Shown in pieces: positions 47,101-59,436 of a stretch of 64,000 nt of DNA; the stretch's first letter is position 1, and every line of letters starts with the position of its first letter. The position numbers were made by a program, and so were the translations under genes. The stretch is taken from NCBI GenBank assembly GCA_043228905.1, contig JBHGNT010000017.1:8804001-8868000 (forward strand), written 5' to 3'. Origin of the DNA: Azolla caroliniana. Its lineage: Eukaryota > Plantae > Polypodiophyta. The notes beneath the pieces were generated by a model, which was given only the letters and a program-made list of their open reading frames with translations, had not been told where the DNA came from and made no database searches.

Positions 47101-49790
47101 TTGTCTCTTCAGTAAAGACATGACCTATTGCCTTTGGATCCCTTAAGCTTGGATCATTAGCAACTTCCTTCATCTTTTGCCAACTATCTTCCAGTAGCAA
47201 CGACCTTGATTTTCCTATCCACTGTTTTATATTCCGTGTTGACTTCAGCTTCCTCCATCAAGATGCTTCGATGATATTCATCGATGATAGCGTACATGTT
47301 GACGGAGTTAACCGAAATCACGTATTAATCGTGAAGATAGCTCAAGTCCACGACTTCCTCGATTTCGCCGATGGTGTTGTTAAATAAGGCTTCTTCCATA
47401 ATATGGGTCATGATTTCTTCTTCTCCTATTATGATTTCTTCTTTTAGCATCTTCTCGAAGACTTGTATTCAACGCTTGTTCTTCTTGTTGAGTAGTGTTA
47501 GTTTACATGCGCCGCTAGGTGTCACACATGTTGCTTCTCCTTGCAATCCACGCACTTTGCTTCCTTATGGGGACTTATGATTGCTCAGACTATTTGTGCC
47601 CCACGCTTCAATAGTCCGCTCCATGGTTGTTTACGTACCCGTATTTAACGTTTAAATACGTATAGTACCTCATCATTTGTATAGTACGTACTATACCTCA
47701 ATGTTGTTCAGTCAAATATCATGTACATTTGTCTAATATAGTATTTAACGTATTTATAAAAAAACAGGTATAATACGTATTTATAAAAGAAATGTAAGTA
47801 AAACCCTAACAAAAAGCAAAAGAAAAAAGATTTTAGTGAAAAAGAAGCCAAAGGAAGGAAGAAAGAAGAATAGAAGAGACGACGATAAGAAGATGAAGAA
47901 GAAGAAGAAGAGAGAAAAGAAGACATAAACCTATCCTGAGTGTGATAATCGCAGTAGATAGAAGATGAAGATGAAGAAAACGAAGAAAAGAGAAACCTAT
48001 CATGAGTGTGATAATTGTAGACGATTCCTCAATCTATGAAGGCATAATTGTAAATAATTACAATTTGAAGTAGAAAATCGTGATACACACTTACACTGAT
48101 TTATAGAATAAGGGAATGTCGACATACATATTACTATAGATATTTTAGGATGTGAAATGTTCAAATGTCTTATATGCATTTTAGGATGTAGAACTATATT
48201 GTACATCACAATATTATAACATTATAGATATTTTTTACAATATTATAGATATTTTTTAGAAAGGTAAATAATTTTCAAATTCTAGAAGTATTTAACGTAC
48301 TATACGTAAAATACGTATTTTATAAGTATTTAACATATTAAAAAACCGTATTTAACGTATTTTTAAATTGGGAGGTACGTATGGGTATTAATACGTTAAA
48401 TACGTATGGTATCTGTACCGTACCTAACGTACTTAACAACCTTGGTCTGCTCTAAATATCTGAGGATTCGCCTCCAAGGCTATCTCGGTTCCTTTCGTGA
48501 TTAGCTCGCACCATCAGGAATTGAATAGATCTTTGACTGTCAAGGCTCTTGACTCACGTGAAGGCCGCTCCATTATCGAACACGTTGTTTTCCATCTGGG
48601 ACGATGTGATATACGGTTGTCCTAGGATGACAAGATGTGAAACTTTGTCTTGCACGAAGAAGTGTTGATCAATCTTCACATTCCCAATCGTGACTTTAAC
48701 ATTGGGGCAAGCTCCGTACAAGTCCTCCGTGGCCTTCATTGCCACTCAAATCTTCCATTCGTGGTTTGTATTAATCAACCATCTTCCTTTTCTGTACAAC
48801 TCGGTCGACATGAGGTTGATCTCCGAGCCATGGTCAATCAAGGCTACCACGATCTCTTTCTTCTCCCCGATATTCATCGGCGTCGCTGTTGTTGATCTTG
48901 ACCAATGAGGCCGAGAGTAATGGCTGTCCGCCATCACTTCGTCTTCTTGCTCCTCTTCCGATCTTGCCATGGTTATTGCACTTGTTTTCACCTCCTTTTC
49001 ATCCAATTATTGCCGCTTTCACTTTATTAGGTCCACGATAGTATCATGGAACTCCTTCTTAGCGATCCCAAGCAGTTCTCTCAAAGTAAGGTCGACATGA
49101 CTGTCTAAAACCTTCTCCTCAAGGACCTTCCGCAAGTCAGTTGTTTGTTCTATGTCCAACCTTAGCTTGTAAGTCGGCGCCGCTCGTTCTTTTTCTTTCT
49201 TCGTAGATTCATCGCTTCCATCCGAGCAGGTTGGCTCAATCCACCGGTCTTCATGCTTGTTTCTCCAACCTCTTTTCGTGGCGTAGGTTGGGCTTGCCCT
49301 TCTTTCCCTTTTGGGCTTGGTAGCGGATTAGGCGGTGGTAAAGAAGGCTTGGTAGCGGGTTGGTTGTGCTTCATCCTCCAAAAGGCTGCCCAATTCTCGT
49401 CGGTCTTTCATATCCACTACCTTCAGGAATAGTAGGACTTTATCTCCATTGAGAACTCGTTGATCAACACTCGGAAGTTGATTGTACTTCAAGTCGAATT
49501 CTGCATATACACCCTACACACACAGATTCTTCCCTTTCATCTCGATCCAAATCATTAGCGTATGTTGAATCATCCGTGACACGTCTTCAAGCATGCATTC
49601 AGTAAGAACCGCCTTTTCGAACTAGGAAATCCATGATGTTCTTGCCACTAAACCGTCCAGCTGTCTCCACCGTTCGATCAACAGCTTTGTCGATTAAAGC
49701 CTCCCGATCTCTCGCCTTCAGCATGTATTCCACGACGGATACCATGCCTTTCGTTAATTCCTCTCCTTCAGTTCCACTTGTCGAAGCCAT
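44184..49790 (-). pseudogene. pol: gag-pol remnant (gag, PR, RT, RNase H, integrase) of the Trp-PBS family
   Basis: AGRFSGKNIMDFL, ALIDHGSEINLM, LPQGVTNFV…PFLDDIPIKGC, TVDMSPTGIGW, KRELWG, VDIMIMP…AREDPTNQVEG, ANGKVERGH, WFGPY. Confidence 0.9.
47622..48444. mobile_element. hAT-type non-autonomous DNA transposon (MITE), 823 bp
   Basis: TIRs CATGGTTGTTTACGTAC / GTACTTAACAACCTTG. 8-bp TSD GTC(C/T)GCTC at 47614-47621 and 48445-48452. Subterminal TACGTA repeats and an AT-rich interior. Confidence 0.88.
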
Positions 49791-50446
49791 CGTCGCACTT
49801 GATATCCTCCCTATCGCCTTTTCACGTCGGGTTCACCACTTAATTATGTCGTGAAAAATCTGTCACTATGTGCGGATCGTGAGGCAAAACTGCTGGGGTT
49901 ATGGACTAGAAGGATTTAGAGCTCACCCGTACAACTCAAGCAAGATTTACACATAAGACACATAGGTGAAAGAAAACATTCATTTATATCAAAATAATAG
50001 ATTCTTTTATTATAATATAAGAATCTTGTTACAACGGATTGGATATAAAAATGAGAGATAATTTTGAAAGAAAGGATTCAGCCACACCATATAAGGAGTG
50101 GTTCGATATGAATATGAGAGATTGTTTTCTCAGAGAATCGAGAAAAGAGAAAAAAATGGAGAAAAAAAGAGAGTGGAATATATAAGGACTTCTTTGTTGA
50201 TCATGGCCCTTGATGTCTAGTTGCCTGTGTCCACACATGACCTTTACTTTAGTTGCATGCATCCACTTTTAGTTGCATGGCCTCTACTTTTAGTTGCATG
50301 CGTCCACTTTTAGTTGCATGCGACGTCAGTATAATTCGGCCATATGATCCAATCATCCATAAAGTTCGGCCCGTCCGTAATCAGTACGTGCGTCGTGACT
50401 AAACCATGCACGCCTCCGTGAAGTAGCCAAACTCGAACCCACTAGA

Positions 50447-52768
50447 CTCGCGAAGTTTTGCATGCGTGTGTCACTCAAACAGGACAATCAGGGCCTTGGA
50501 CCGGGAAGACAAAAGTAGTGAGGAAGTGGGAGATTAAGACAAAGACATGGGGAAATATACATAATTTTTAATATAAAATAGAATTTAAACAACAATTAGG
50601 CTTAATACCACGATTTCGGTGGTTTTCTTTCTTACATAGAATTAGTTTCATGATTAATATAAAACCTCTATGAATCAAAACAGGTTTTTGTTTTCTTTAG
50701 AATTGCTACGCTTGACACCACGATTTTGTTGGTTTTTACAAAGATCGGTTATCAAATAATCAAAGCCTAGAATAATCTAGCGAAGGTGAGTCTAGTGGGC
50801 TTTGAGCTCGACTACTTCTGACGGCTATGTTGCCTCGATTTGGAGTAGCCCTCGTGCCACTACAACCTCCCTTCCGCAACCAGCCACCGAGTTGGCTACC
50901 ACCAAGATGCCGAAAAAGCCATTGTTTAGGAAATCCAAACCCTAAAATATCTTGAGTAAGAAGTAGAATAATAGAAGTAAACTAACAAACCCTAAAATTC
51001 CAACTTCTCTAATATGATGAGGAGGTAGAAGAAGCTTTGAAACCCCAAGTCTAGAAGGAAAAGAAGAAGGAGAAAGGGAGGATCCAAAACCCTAAAACCC
51101 TAAGTCCTCTAGTATGTTGAGGAGAAAAGAAGAAGCTCTCAAACCCTAACCCTAGAAGGAAGGGAAAAGGGAAAAGGGAAAAGGGAAAAGGGATAAGGAG
51201 AAAGGGAGGCTACCAAAGCCTAAAATCAAGAAGAAGAGGAGAAGATGAAACCCTAGTGGTACACCCCTAGAAGACAAAATGGGCAACCCCTAAATAAGAC
51301 CTATCGCTCCTCTCTTATAGAGGAAAGAGGAGCTTATTTTAACATTACATGCTTTTCTTTCTTTCTTTATCACAAAAATGGAAGGGAAGCAAAATGAGTT
51401 GTAGGAAGAAAGACTCGAACTCTACACCTTTGTACATATACTTATGTAAGGCCTTAACCACTAAACTACTACAAGTTACTTATTATTAATATTTTTGTTT
51501 CATCTTTATTTATACATTATTTCATGAGATATGCGTGGAACCTCTCTTTTTCTCACACTGCACACACGCCACCACGACATCTACCCCCACAAAACCGCAC
51601 ATCCTCTGGCATGTGCCAAAGGAAAGTGATGTGGTGAGGCCAAAGGTTGTCAACCTTTGTTTTCTTTCCTTCGTTGCGCCTTGCCCGTACAAAATCAACC
51701 ATCAACTTCGACATAATCTCTTCTTCATCTGTCTTTGTCATCCCGTACTGCTCTTTCACATTGGGTTCACCAATGTCGCAAAGTTTCGCGTGCGTGTTTC
51801 GCTTGAACGGGACCGCCGGGGCCTTGGACCGGGGAGACACAAGGGGTGAGGAAGTTGGAGATTAAGACAAATACATGGGGAAATATACATAAGTTTTGAT
51901 ATAAATTAAGCTTTAAACAATAGTTAGGTTTAATACCACGATTTTGGTGGTTTTATTTCTTACATAGAATCAATTTCATCATTATTAAAAAATGGCTAAT
52001 CAACACAAAATGGCTAAAAATAATATGGTGTAGGCGAGTCTAGTGGGCTCCGAGCTCGGCTACTTCCGACGGCTATGTTGCCTCAATTCAGAGTATCTCT
52101 CGTGCCACTACAACCTCCCTTCCGCAATGGCCCACCGAATTGACCACCATTGAGAAGTTGAAGAAGTCGTCGTATAAGGAACCCAAACCCAAACCCTAAC
52201 TCTCAAGTAGATGCAAAACTCATAACCCTAAAACTCATAAGAAAGAAGAACCCTAGATGCTCATAAGGAACATAAAAACCCTAAACCTCAAGTTCTCTAA
52301 TATGTTGAGGAGAAAGATAGAAAAGTAGAAAGAAGAAGCTCTAAAACCCTAACCCTAGAAGGAAAAGAAGATGGAAAAAGGGATAAGGAGAAAGGGAGGC
52401 TAGAAAACCCTAACCCAAGAAGAAGAGGAGAAGATGAAACCCTAGTGGTATACCCCTAAGGCAAAATGGGCGACCCTCAAATAAGCCCATTCCCTCCTCT
52501 CTTATAGAGGAAAGAGGAGCTTATTTTAACATTACATGCTTTTTGGTATTTCCTTTATCACAAAAATGGAAGGGAGCAAAATACCCCTCAATTTGTAGCA
52601 AGCAAGAGAGACTTTAACTCCACACCCCTCTCTATATATTTATAAGCCTTAACCAATAATCTACTACAAGTTATTTAATATATTATTTTTATTTTCATTT
52701 ATATATTATTTCATAAGATGTGCACGGAAGCTCACCTTTTCTCACAGTGCACACACCACACCACGACA
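50447..52768 (-). mobile_element. TRIM/LARD-like miniature Trp-PBS element: two LTRs of about 1 kb around 194 bp of internal sequence
   Basis: LTRs about 50447-51579 and 51774-52768, both ending CCACGACA. Degenerate Trp PBS at 51772-51756. PPT GTGGGGGTAGA at 51590-51580. Many AAACCCTAA motifs. Confidence 0.85.
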
Positions 52769-53020
52769 ATGGACGTGTCCACGACTCGGTCAGGGATGCG
52801 CTCAAACGGAGGTGTCCACAACTCGGTTGGGGACGCGCATGCACGGTTTGGTTGCGACGCACGTACGAATTACGTACGGACCGAACTTTATGGATGATTG
52901 GATCATATGGCTGAATTATACAGATGTCGCATGCAACTAAAAGTGGACATGTTCATAGTGTATGGACGTGTCCACGGCTCGGTCGGGACGTGTGCGTGCA
53001 CGGACGTGTCCATGGCACAT
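52769..53020 (+). repeat. LTR fragment related to 49847-50421, in inverted orientation
   Basis: 52850-52950 is approximately the reverse complement of 50300-50400; it carries short ggacgtgtcc repeats. Confidence 0.7.
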
Positions 53021-56000
53021 GGATGCGACATCAACCGGTTTTGCCGCTGGAGCCATTCCAGAAATGGGGTCTTGATTTTGTTGGTCCCTTTATGCCGACT
53101 GCAGCATGGACCGGCAATAGATATATTTTGGTGTCCATGGATTACTGCACTAAGTGGGTAGAAGCAAAAGCATTACGAGACAATACGGCCGCATCCATGA
53201 CGAAATTTCTTTACGAATACATTTGGTGCCGTTTTGGCTGTCCCATCAAACTCATTAGTGACCAAGGGAGCCACTTTCTAAATTCGGTCATCGAGGAGCT
53301 GACACACCATTACATTGTAGCTCAGAAAAAGAGCACACCGTATGACCCGCAGGCGAATGGGCTAGCAGAATCTACGAACAAAACCTTACAGACCATATTG
53401 AAAAAGATTGTGAATGAGAATAGAATAGACTGGGATACCAAACTACACAACGCTTTGTGGGCGTATTAGACGAGCTACAAAACTAGCATACAGTCCACGC
53501 CTTTTCGGTTAGCATTTGGGCTAGAGGCCGTAATGCCCATCGAATTCTAGGTACCTAGTCTGCGGATTCAAATATGGGACCGACTATTAGAAGTCAAGTC
53601 TGAGCAAATACGGCTACAACAATTTCTCGAACTAGGCGAGGCGTGTATCCGCAGTATGGCCATACTTGAGCAAGAGCAGGTATGGCATAAAGCATTCGTG
53701 GACAGGCATCGAGGTGCATGAGGGAAGGACTTTGCAGTAGGAAAGGCCGTATTAGTTTTTCAAACACGCATGGGTCAAATGCTAGGGAAATTACGGTTCT
53801 GATGGACAGGGCCGTACTGGATAGTTGGAGCAAAGAACAACACTTTTCAATTAGGAACTCTTGCGGGGGAGTTACTTCAACAGAAAGTGAATGGGTTCTG
53901 ATTAAAACCTTATCTAGGACCTATGCTTGCAAACCCGTTTCACGCCGTCACTGACACGGTAGAGGGGCCCATACACTAATTAATAGTTGGGGCCCTCTTG
54001 TAATATAATGTGACAGTAATATTGCACTTAACCATTAAAAAAAAAGAAGAAGAAGAAGAAGAAGAAGAGAGGATGGGCAGGGCTATTAAAAGGACTTTAT
54101 GCATGCACAAACTTCAAGATCAAGAACATGCGGCACCACGATGACACATGGGCCAATGAACCCTAGAACACAAAAAGAGAAAAACATAAGGTTTTCTGCA
54201 CATTACAAAAAACATTCTTCACCCTTCAGCTCTGTTCGCTCTTTTTGCTCTCCACCGTCCCACACAACCCACGTCCACCATAGTCTGCAAGCTTCGCCCA
54301 GTTCTCACGAGCCCCATCCAACCACGATGCCGATCACCATCTCTGTAGCTTTACGTAGATGGCTCTTGGAAAAGGGTTTTGAGGGGTACATCAAGGTCAG
54401 CGAGGCACCAACACATCCAAACGCTCTCGAAATCGCCAAAAAACTCAACGCGGACATTGTGACAAACACCACCAGTCGGAAGAAATTAGATCTATCCGCG
54501 AATGGGGAGAAACATTTCGACATTCACCTACTGAAACCCTAGGGAAATATTTTGGGGAGTATTCTGTATCCGTCAAGGCATATAGAATGAAAGAAATCCC
54601 GAATCCATTCTTTCGGGAAATAGCCAAGTTTTTACTTGAGGTCGGCCGCGTGCATGGGAGTTATTGGAAAAGAAGAAAGCATGGTACGACGAACAGCTCG
54701 TATGGCAACCGGAACTAACGCATCAGGTAGAAGTCCGCTTGAATAATGAAATGGGCCGGCTAGAAGAACTACACCTGAAGGAATCCCAAATATGGGCGAA
54801 GATGAAGAGCCATCATGAGGAAGTGGCTACGACCAACAAGCATAAAATCGAAAACGTCAAGAAAACTCTGGATGAAGCCCAAATCTGCTCTCAAACGATA
54901 GCTGACAATGTATGCATTCTTCTCCAAACAAATTGCGAGCGGTTCATGGCGCAATTAAAAATGACGTTGGACAAAGGTTGGACTGCGTGGGCAACGCAAG
55001 CAACGGAATTGCATACCTACTGGGCGGATTGGGAGAACCGACAAAAAGAAGGTCGAGGCTTCTACAAGCTCAATGAGGAAAGCATCACGGTAATACGAGA
55101 GGACCTCCCATAGGACTATCGCATGCTAGCAGACCAGCACTCCGAGGAACTTACACAACTGTTGGAAGATTTCGGGGAAAGTCAGGAAGATATTTTTCAC
55201 CGAATAATGGATATCAGCAGCACATAATAGAGGACGGGGCCAATTGCGATACCGGAAAACGATTCCGCCGAACAAGATGAACCTCAGCCTAATTTGCATG
55301 AACCACCGGAGGTGACCACGACACCTATCAATGCTACGGAAGATACGGATAAGGAAGAACCCCGTACAGAAATGGAAGTGCCAACGCCCGAACCAATGAG
55401 GAATGAGCCGAACTGCGAACCAACTGAGCCGGCCTTGATCACGCGGAGAGAAGACGACAACATGGGGACTCACACACCTACTGAACACGGCGAAGAAGGA
55501 AATGGGGAGTTACATAAACCGGTCGAGCAAAATAACGAAGCACTTACGGATGTCACGTTGTCTCCAGACCAAGGCCTACGGACGGAGCCAAATATCATGG
55601 ACATTTTGAATGATGAAGAGAGGGATGGGTCCGACGAGCCATGGCTTTGTCCCATAGGCGTGCGAAGTGTTGTCCGCTGGAATTGTAACTGCCGAACATG
55701 GCGCGTAAAATATAAAATATATTAGAAGTGTTAGGAAACGTATGTAATGGTTCACGCGAGGAGTGTGACCGACTAAAAGCCCTGTGTATATAAAGGGCAG
55801 AAATCCTCTGTAAGAGGGTGTGTGTAATTTTTGGGAGTGAAGCTTTTGGAGTCCTATCTTCTCTTATCTCCTTGTTTGTCTATGTAAGTAGTCTACTATC
55901 TTGGCGTTGCATTTTGATTCGTAACTGTGGGTTGTAAGTGTAGGGTAAGTGGGTTCTCCCCTTCACACCCAGACGATACGTTTGCTTAGTATCTTGTTAC

Positions 56001-56078
56001 GACTCACACCCAACACAAACCCGTTCCTTGTAACATAATCACCTTGAAGTCTACCTCGTAGGACTGAGCGTAGACAAT
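53020..56078 (+). mobile_element. 3' half of an ORF3-carrying Gypsy (integrase, ORF3, 3' LTR about 55668-56078)
   Basis: PFQKWGLDFVGPF…PQANGLAES; ORF3 MPITISVALRRWLLEKG; FYKLNEESITVIREDL. The LTR starts TGTTG and has TATATAAA near 55787. Confidence 0.88.
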
Positions 56079-56094
56079 GTTCCTAATCAGTAAC

Positions 56095-59010
56095 ACAATG
56101 CGACTTGTGTCAACGACTTGGGCAACTGATAGAAAAGGATAGAATGCCTTTTCAGCTAGTATTACCTTTGGAACCTTTCCAAAAATGGGGCTTAGACTTT
56201 GTCAGTCCATTTAAGCCGGTTGTTATCAGAACAAGGGAGCACTATATTATAGTAGCTACAGACTACTATATGAAATGGGTCGAAGCTAAACTCTTTCGAG
56301 ATAACACGGTTGCATCGACAGTGAAATTTCTGTACGAAAACATATGGTGTCGACTCGGCTGTCTGATCAAATTAGTCAGTGATCAAGGTACTCATTTCAT
56401 AAATAAAATAGTACATGAGTTATCTTCATATTATGTAGTAGTACACAAAAAGAGTACTCTGTACTATCGTCGGGCCAATGGATTGGCAGAATCAACGAAC
56501 AAAACCGTACAGATAACTTTAAGGAAAATAGTCAACGAAAACAGAACTGATTGGGATAAGAAATTAAACAGTGCGTGATGGGCTTAACGCACTTCCTATA
56601 AAACAGTCATCAAATTGACTCCATTCAGATTGGCTTTTGGGCTAGACACTGTAATGCCAGTAGAATTTCAGGTTCCGACATTACGAGTACAAGTCACGGA
56701 AAGACTAGATGAAGAACAATTAGAACAAGTTCGGAAAGAATAGTTGCTCCTTTTGGAAGAAAGTAGGTTAGAGGCTATGTGTGCACTTGAACAGAAACAA
56801 TGTTTGACAATGACGTTCATAGACCGACACCAGAAACAAAAAGAAAAGATGTTCACAATCGGTAAGCCGGTACTAGTCTTTCAGACTAAGATGGGTTTGA
56901 TGCCTAGGTAACTCCGATTTTGATGGATAGGTCCATTTTGGATTGTTGACAGCAAGAATGACACATATCAGGTCGGCACACTCTTAGGTGAAATTATGCT
57001 GAAATGAGTAAATGGTTTTTGGTTAAAACCTTATAGAAGATCAATATAGAAGAACAATGCGGAAAAACCCATTTCAAGTCGAGGAAGATTCCGACGCACC
57101 GTGCCGTGGAATGGTCATGAATGTAAATATTTAAAAATAAATAAATAAAACTAAATAAATAAATAAATAAATAAAATAGTCTTGGCAAATTATAACAGAA
57201 TTAACAGAAAAACATCATGACTTCTTGGTGTAGTCTTTTTCAGACTATATATGGACAAGCCACAAAATCATGCAATGTTAATTAGAGTGGTGGGAGCTTT
57301 TATTCCTATATCTATACTCGCACTATCATAAATAGTATATTCTCTTTTGCCTAAAAATATGAACCGTTTATTGCCTCAAAACCCTATGTCTTCACTTTTT
57401 GTGTCAAAATAGAAGAAAACGTTTCGAGAGCACATGTTTTCATTGCCTTCTCTCTGCACACAAAAATCAGAATTGCCATCGCACACGACTTCTAACTTAT
57501 ATCAGGAAGACAACATGCCGGTTCAAGTATCACAAGAATTGTGGCAGTGGTTGCACAACAAGGGATTGGACGGATACCTGAAGGTTGCCGACTCCGAACC
57601 CCACCCACGCACCACACAGATCATCCAGCAGATCGACGTAACCAAGATCACCAACAAACAAGTACGTAAGATTCTTAATCTGAAAAGAGAAGGATTTGAT
57701 GTTATGACAAAACTGGAACCGGAAGTCCCGATGTCTTATTTCAGCGAATACTCGCCATCGGCCAAGGCATATCAAACGTAAGGTGGGGAAGATGAGTTCT
57801 TCCATGCAGTCACTAAATTCCTATTAGAAGTAGCATTTGTTAGTCCAAGATTTTATTGCATGCCAAAAAAGAGGGCAGGTTTTATCATATCGACATATGA
57901 AGGGGAGGTGTTCGACTAGGGGCTCTTGATGGCGAACCGCTCAGGGAGCAGGTCAATGTGTTTCAACATGGAAAACCCATGAAGCCAATATTCGCAAAAT
58001 GGTTAGCAGTACTCTACCCAACACCTAGTTCGGAGAATCGGGAAAGCACCTTGTGGACAGAGGGACAACCACAGAGACAGGCCACATCAAAGGTTCAGAA
58101 GCAAGTGCCACGAGAGGAATGGCACGAACCATAATTGACGCTTGTCAGCAACCAACAGTCGGAAACAGTCTGACAAGCAGAAACGGAAACAGAGCAACTG
58201 CAGGAACCAATAGTGACTCCTATTCCTAATAGAGTCGTATCCGAGTAGACACCAAACCGGGCACCACAGCAAGCCCAAGAACATGTCCCAACTTTGACAT
58301 CGTCAAACACAACTCAAAGGATGAGACGAACAAAAACGAAAGCACAACGCTACCAACAACCAGACGAGGAAGCACCAACGGCAAAAAGACAGAGAATGGA
58401 CACACAATCTCATCAAACAAATGAAGAAGGCCGTGTCAATCCAAATGACACAAGTAGGGTAGAAAAGGGGAAATCATCAATTATGACTCCCAAGGAAGCA
58501 TTAAGGTTACGTGAACTTCCATTGGCAGCACATGAACTAGCGGCCATTATGCAATTTGGCACATCGTATGAAGTTGTAGAATGGCTCGCACAAAGACTAT
58601 ATGAAGTATCATAAAGGTTGACCCAAGAACATAAGGGTCAAGAATGATCCAGAAATTTTTAATTGGAGTTGTCGAAACGGAGGAACAACAAGAACTAAAC
58701 AGGATCGGTTGGCAATGAAATGCAATGAATCGAGGCGAGGCAATTTAATTTCTTCCATTACATACAACACTGGTAGAAGTGTATAGAGAATATGACAGGG
58801 CAAATAGGGCAGCCAAAGACAGGGCTAAAACATACAAGAGCGCCACTACGGCAGCAGACCGGCTACAGAACCAATGGACAAAGAGTCAAGCTGAAAATGA
58901 CAAATTGTTGTAAATACTCTGACAACTGAAGAAAATTTAAAAGTAGTTGAAGCTCAAGAATAGACGCACTAGACGTTGAAGTCTAATTTGCAATTCCAAC
59001 AACAACTACA
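56095..59010 (+). mobile_element. Another decayed ORF3-carrying Gypsy fragment (integrase and ORF3)
   Basis: CQRLGQ…WGLDFVSPF…ANGLAES and MPVQVSQELWQWLHNKGLDGYLKVAD…FSEYSPSAKAYQT. Confidence 0.85.
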
Positions 59011-59436
59011 GAATCGGAGTCGGATCGACAAGGCGGATCAATGAGTCAGTATTTTTCCCGACTAAATAAAAAATATAGAAAGTAAGTTAGTTAGAAGTTT
59101 TGGATAGTTCTTGCCAACGAAGCAAGATGTAATTCTTGATGAGTCTGTCTGTTGGTTACCTATAAAAAGGAGCCAAAGACATTGTAAAACTATCTTTCTA
59201 TTTTGTGTTTATTATAGTTATTAGTTCTAGTAGAAATTTGTTCTACCTAGGTGCTGGGTAATCTCTTGTATATTTGACTTAGTCTTATTCTACTGACAAC
59301 TATATTATGTCAATTAGTCGATCACGATATATAAATATGATATCGTAAATTACCTAGTAACTTTGTAACGATCCATTCGTACTCCATAGTTTCTTGATAG
59401 AACATTCAACCTTATTGTATTGTTAGTCTTAGTAGT

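Larger units (their letters stand above)
39218..50421 (-). mobile_element. Degenerate, mosaic Trp-PBS Gypsy with nested Copia, solo LTR and MITE
   Basis: Homologous LTRs of about 570 bp at 39218-39788 and 49847-50421. PBS TGGTGAACCCGACGTGA at 49838-49822. gag-pol remnants run from 49790 to 44184. Confidence 0.8.

Noticed and set aside
51400-51475. Functional tRNA gene
   Set aside because: A/B-box-like motifs are present but I cannot build acceptor and anticodon stems; reported only as tRNA-like.
50935-52445. Interstitial telomere or chromosome fusion site
   Set aside because: The AAACCCTAA motifs are dispersed, not tandem, and lie at matching positions in two LTR copies.
59010-59436. Additional LTR fragment with TATAAAA
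   Set aside because: No partner copy, clear termini, PBS/PPT or TSD could be established.
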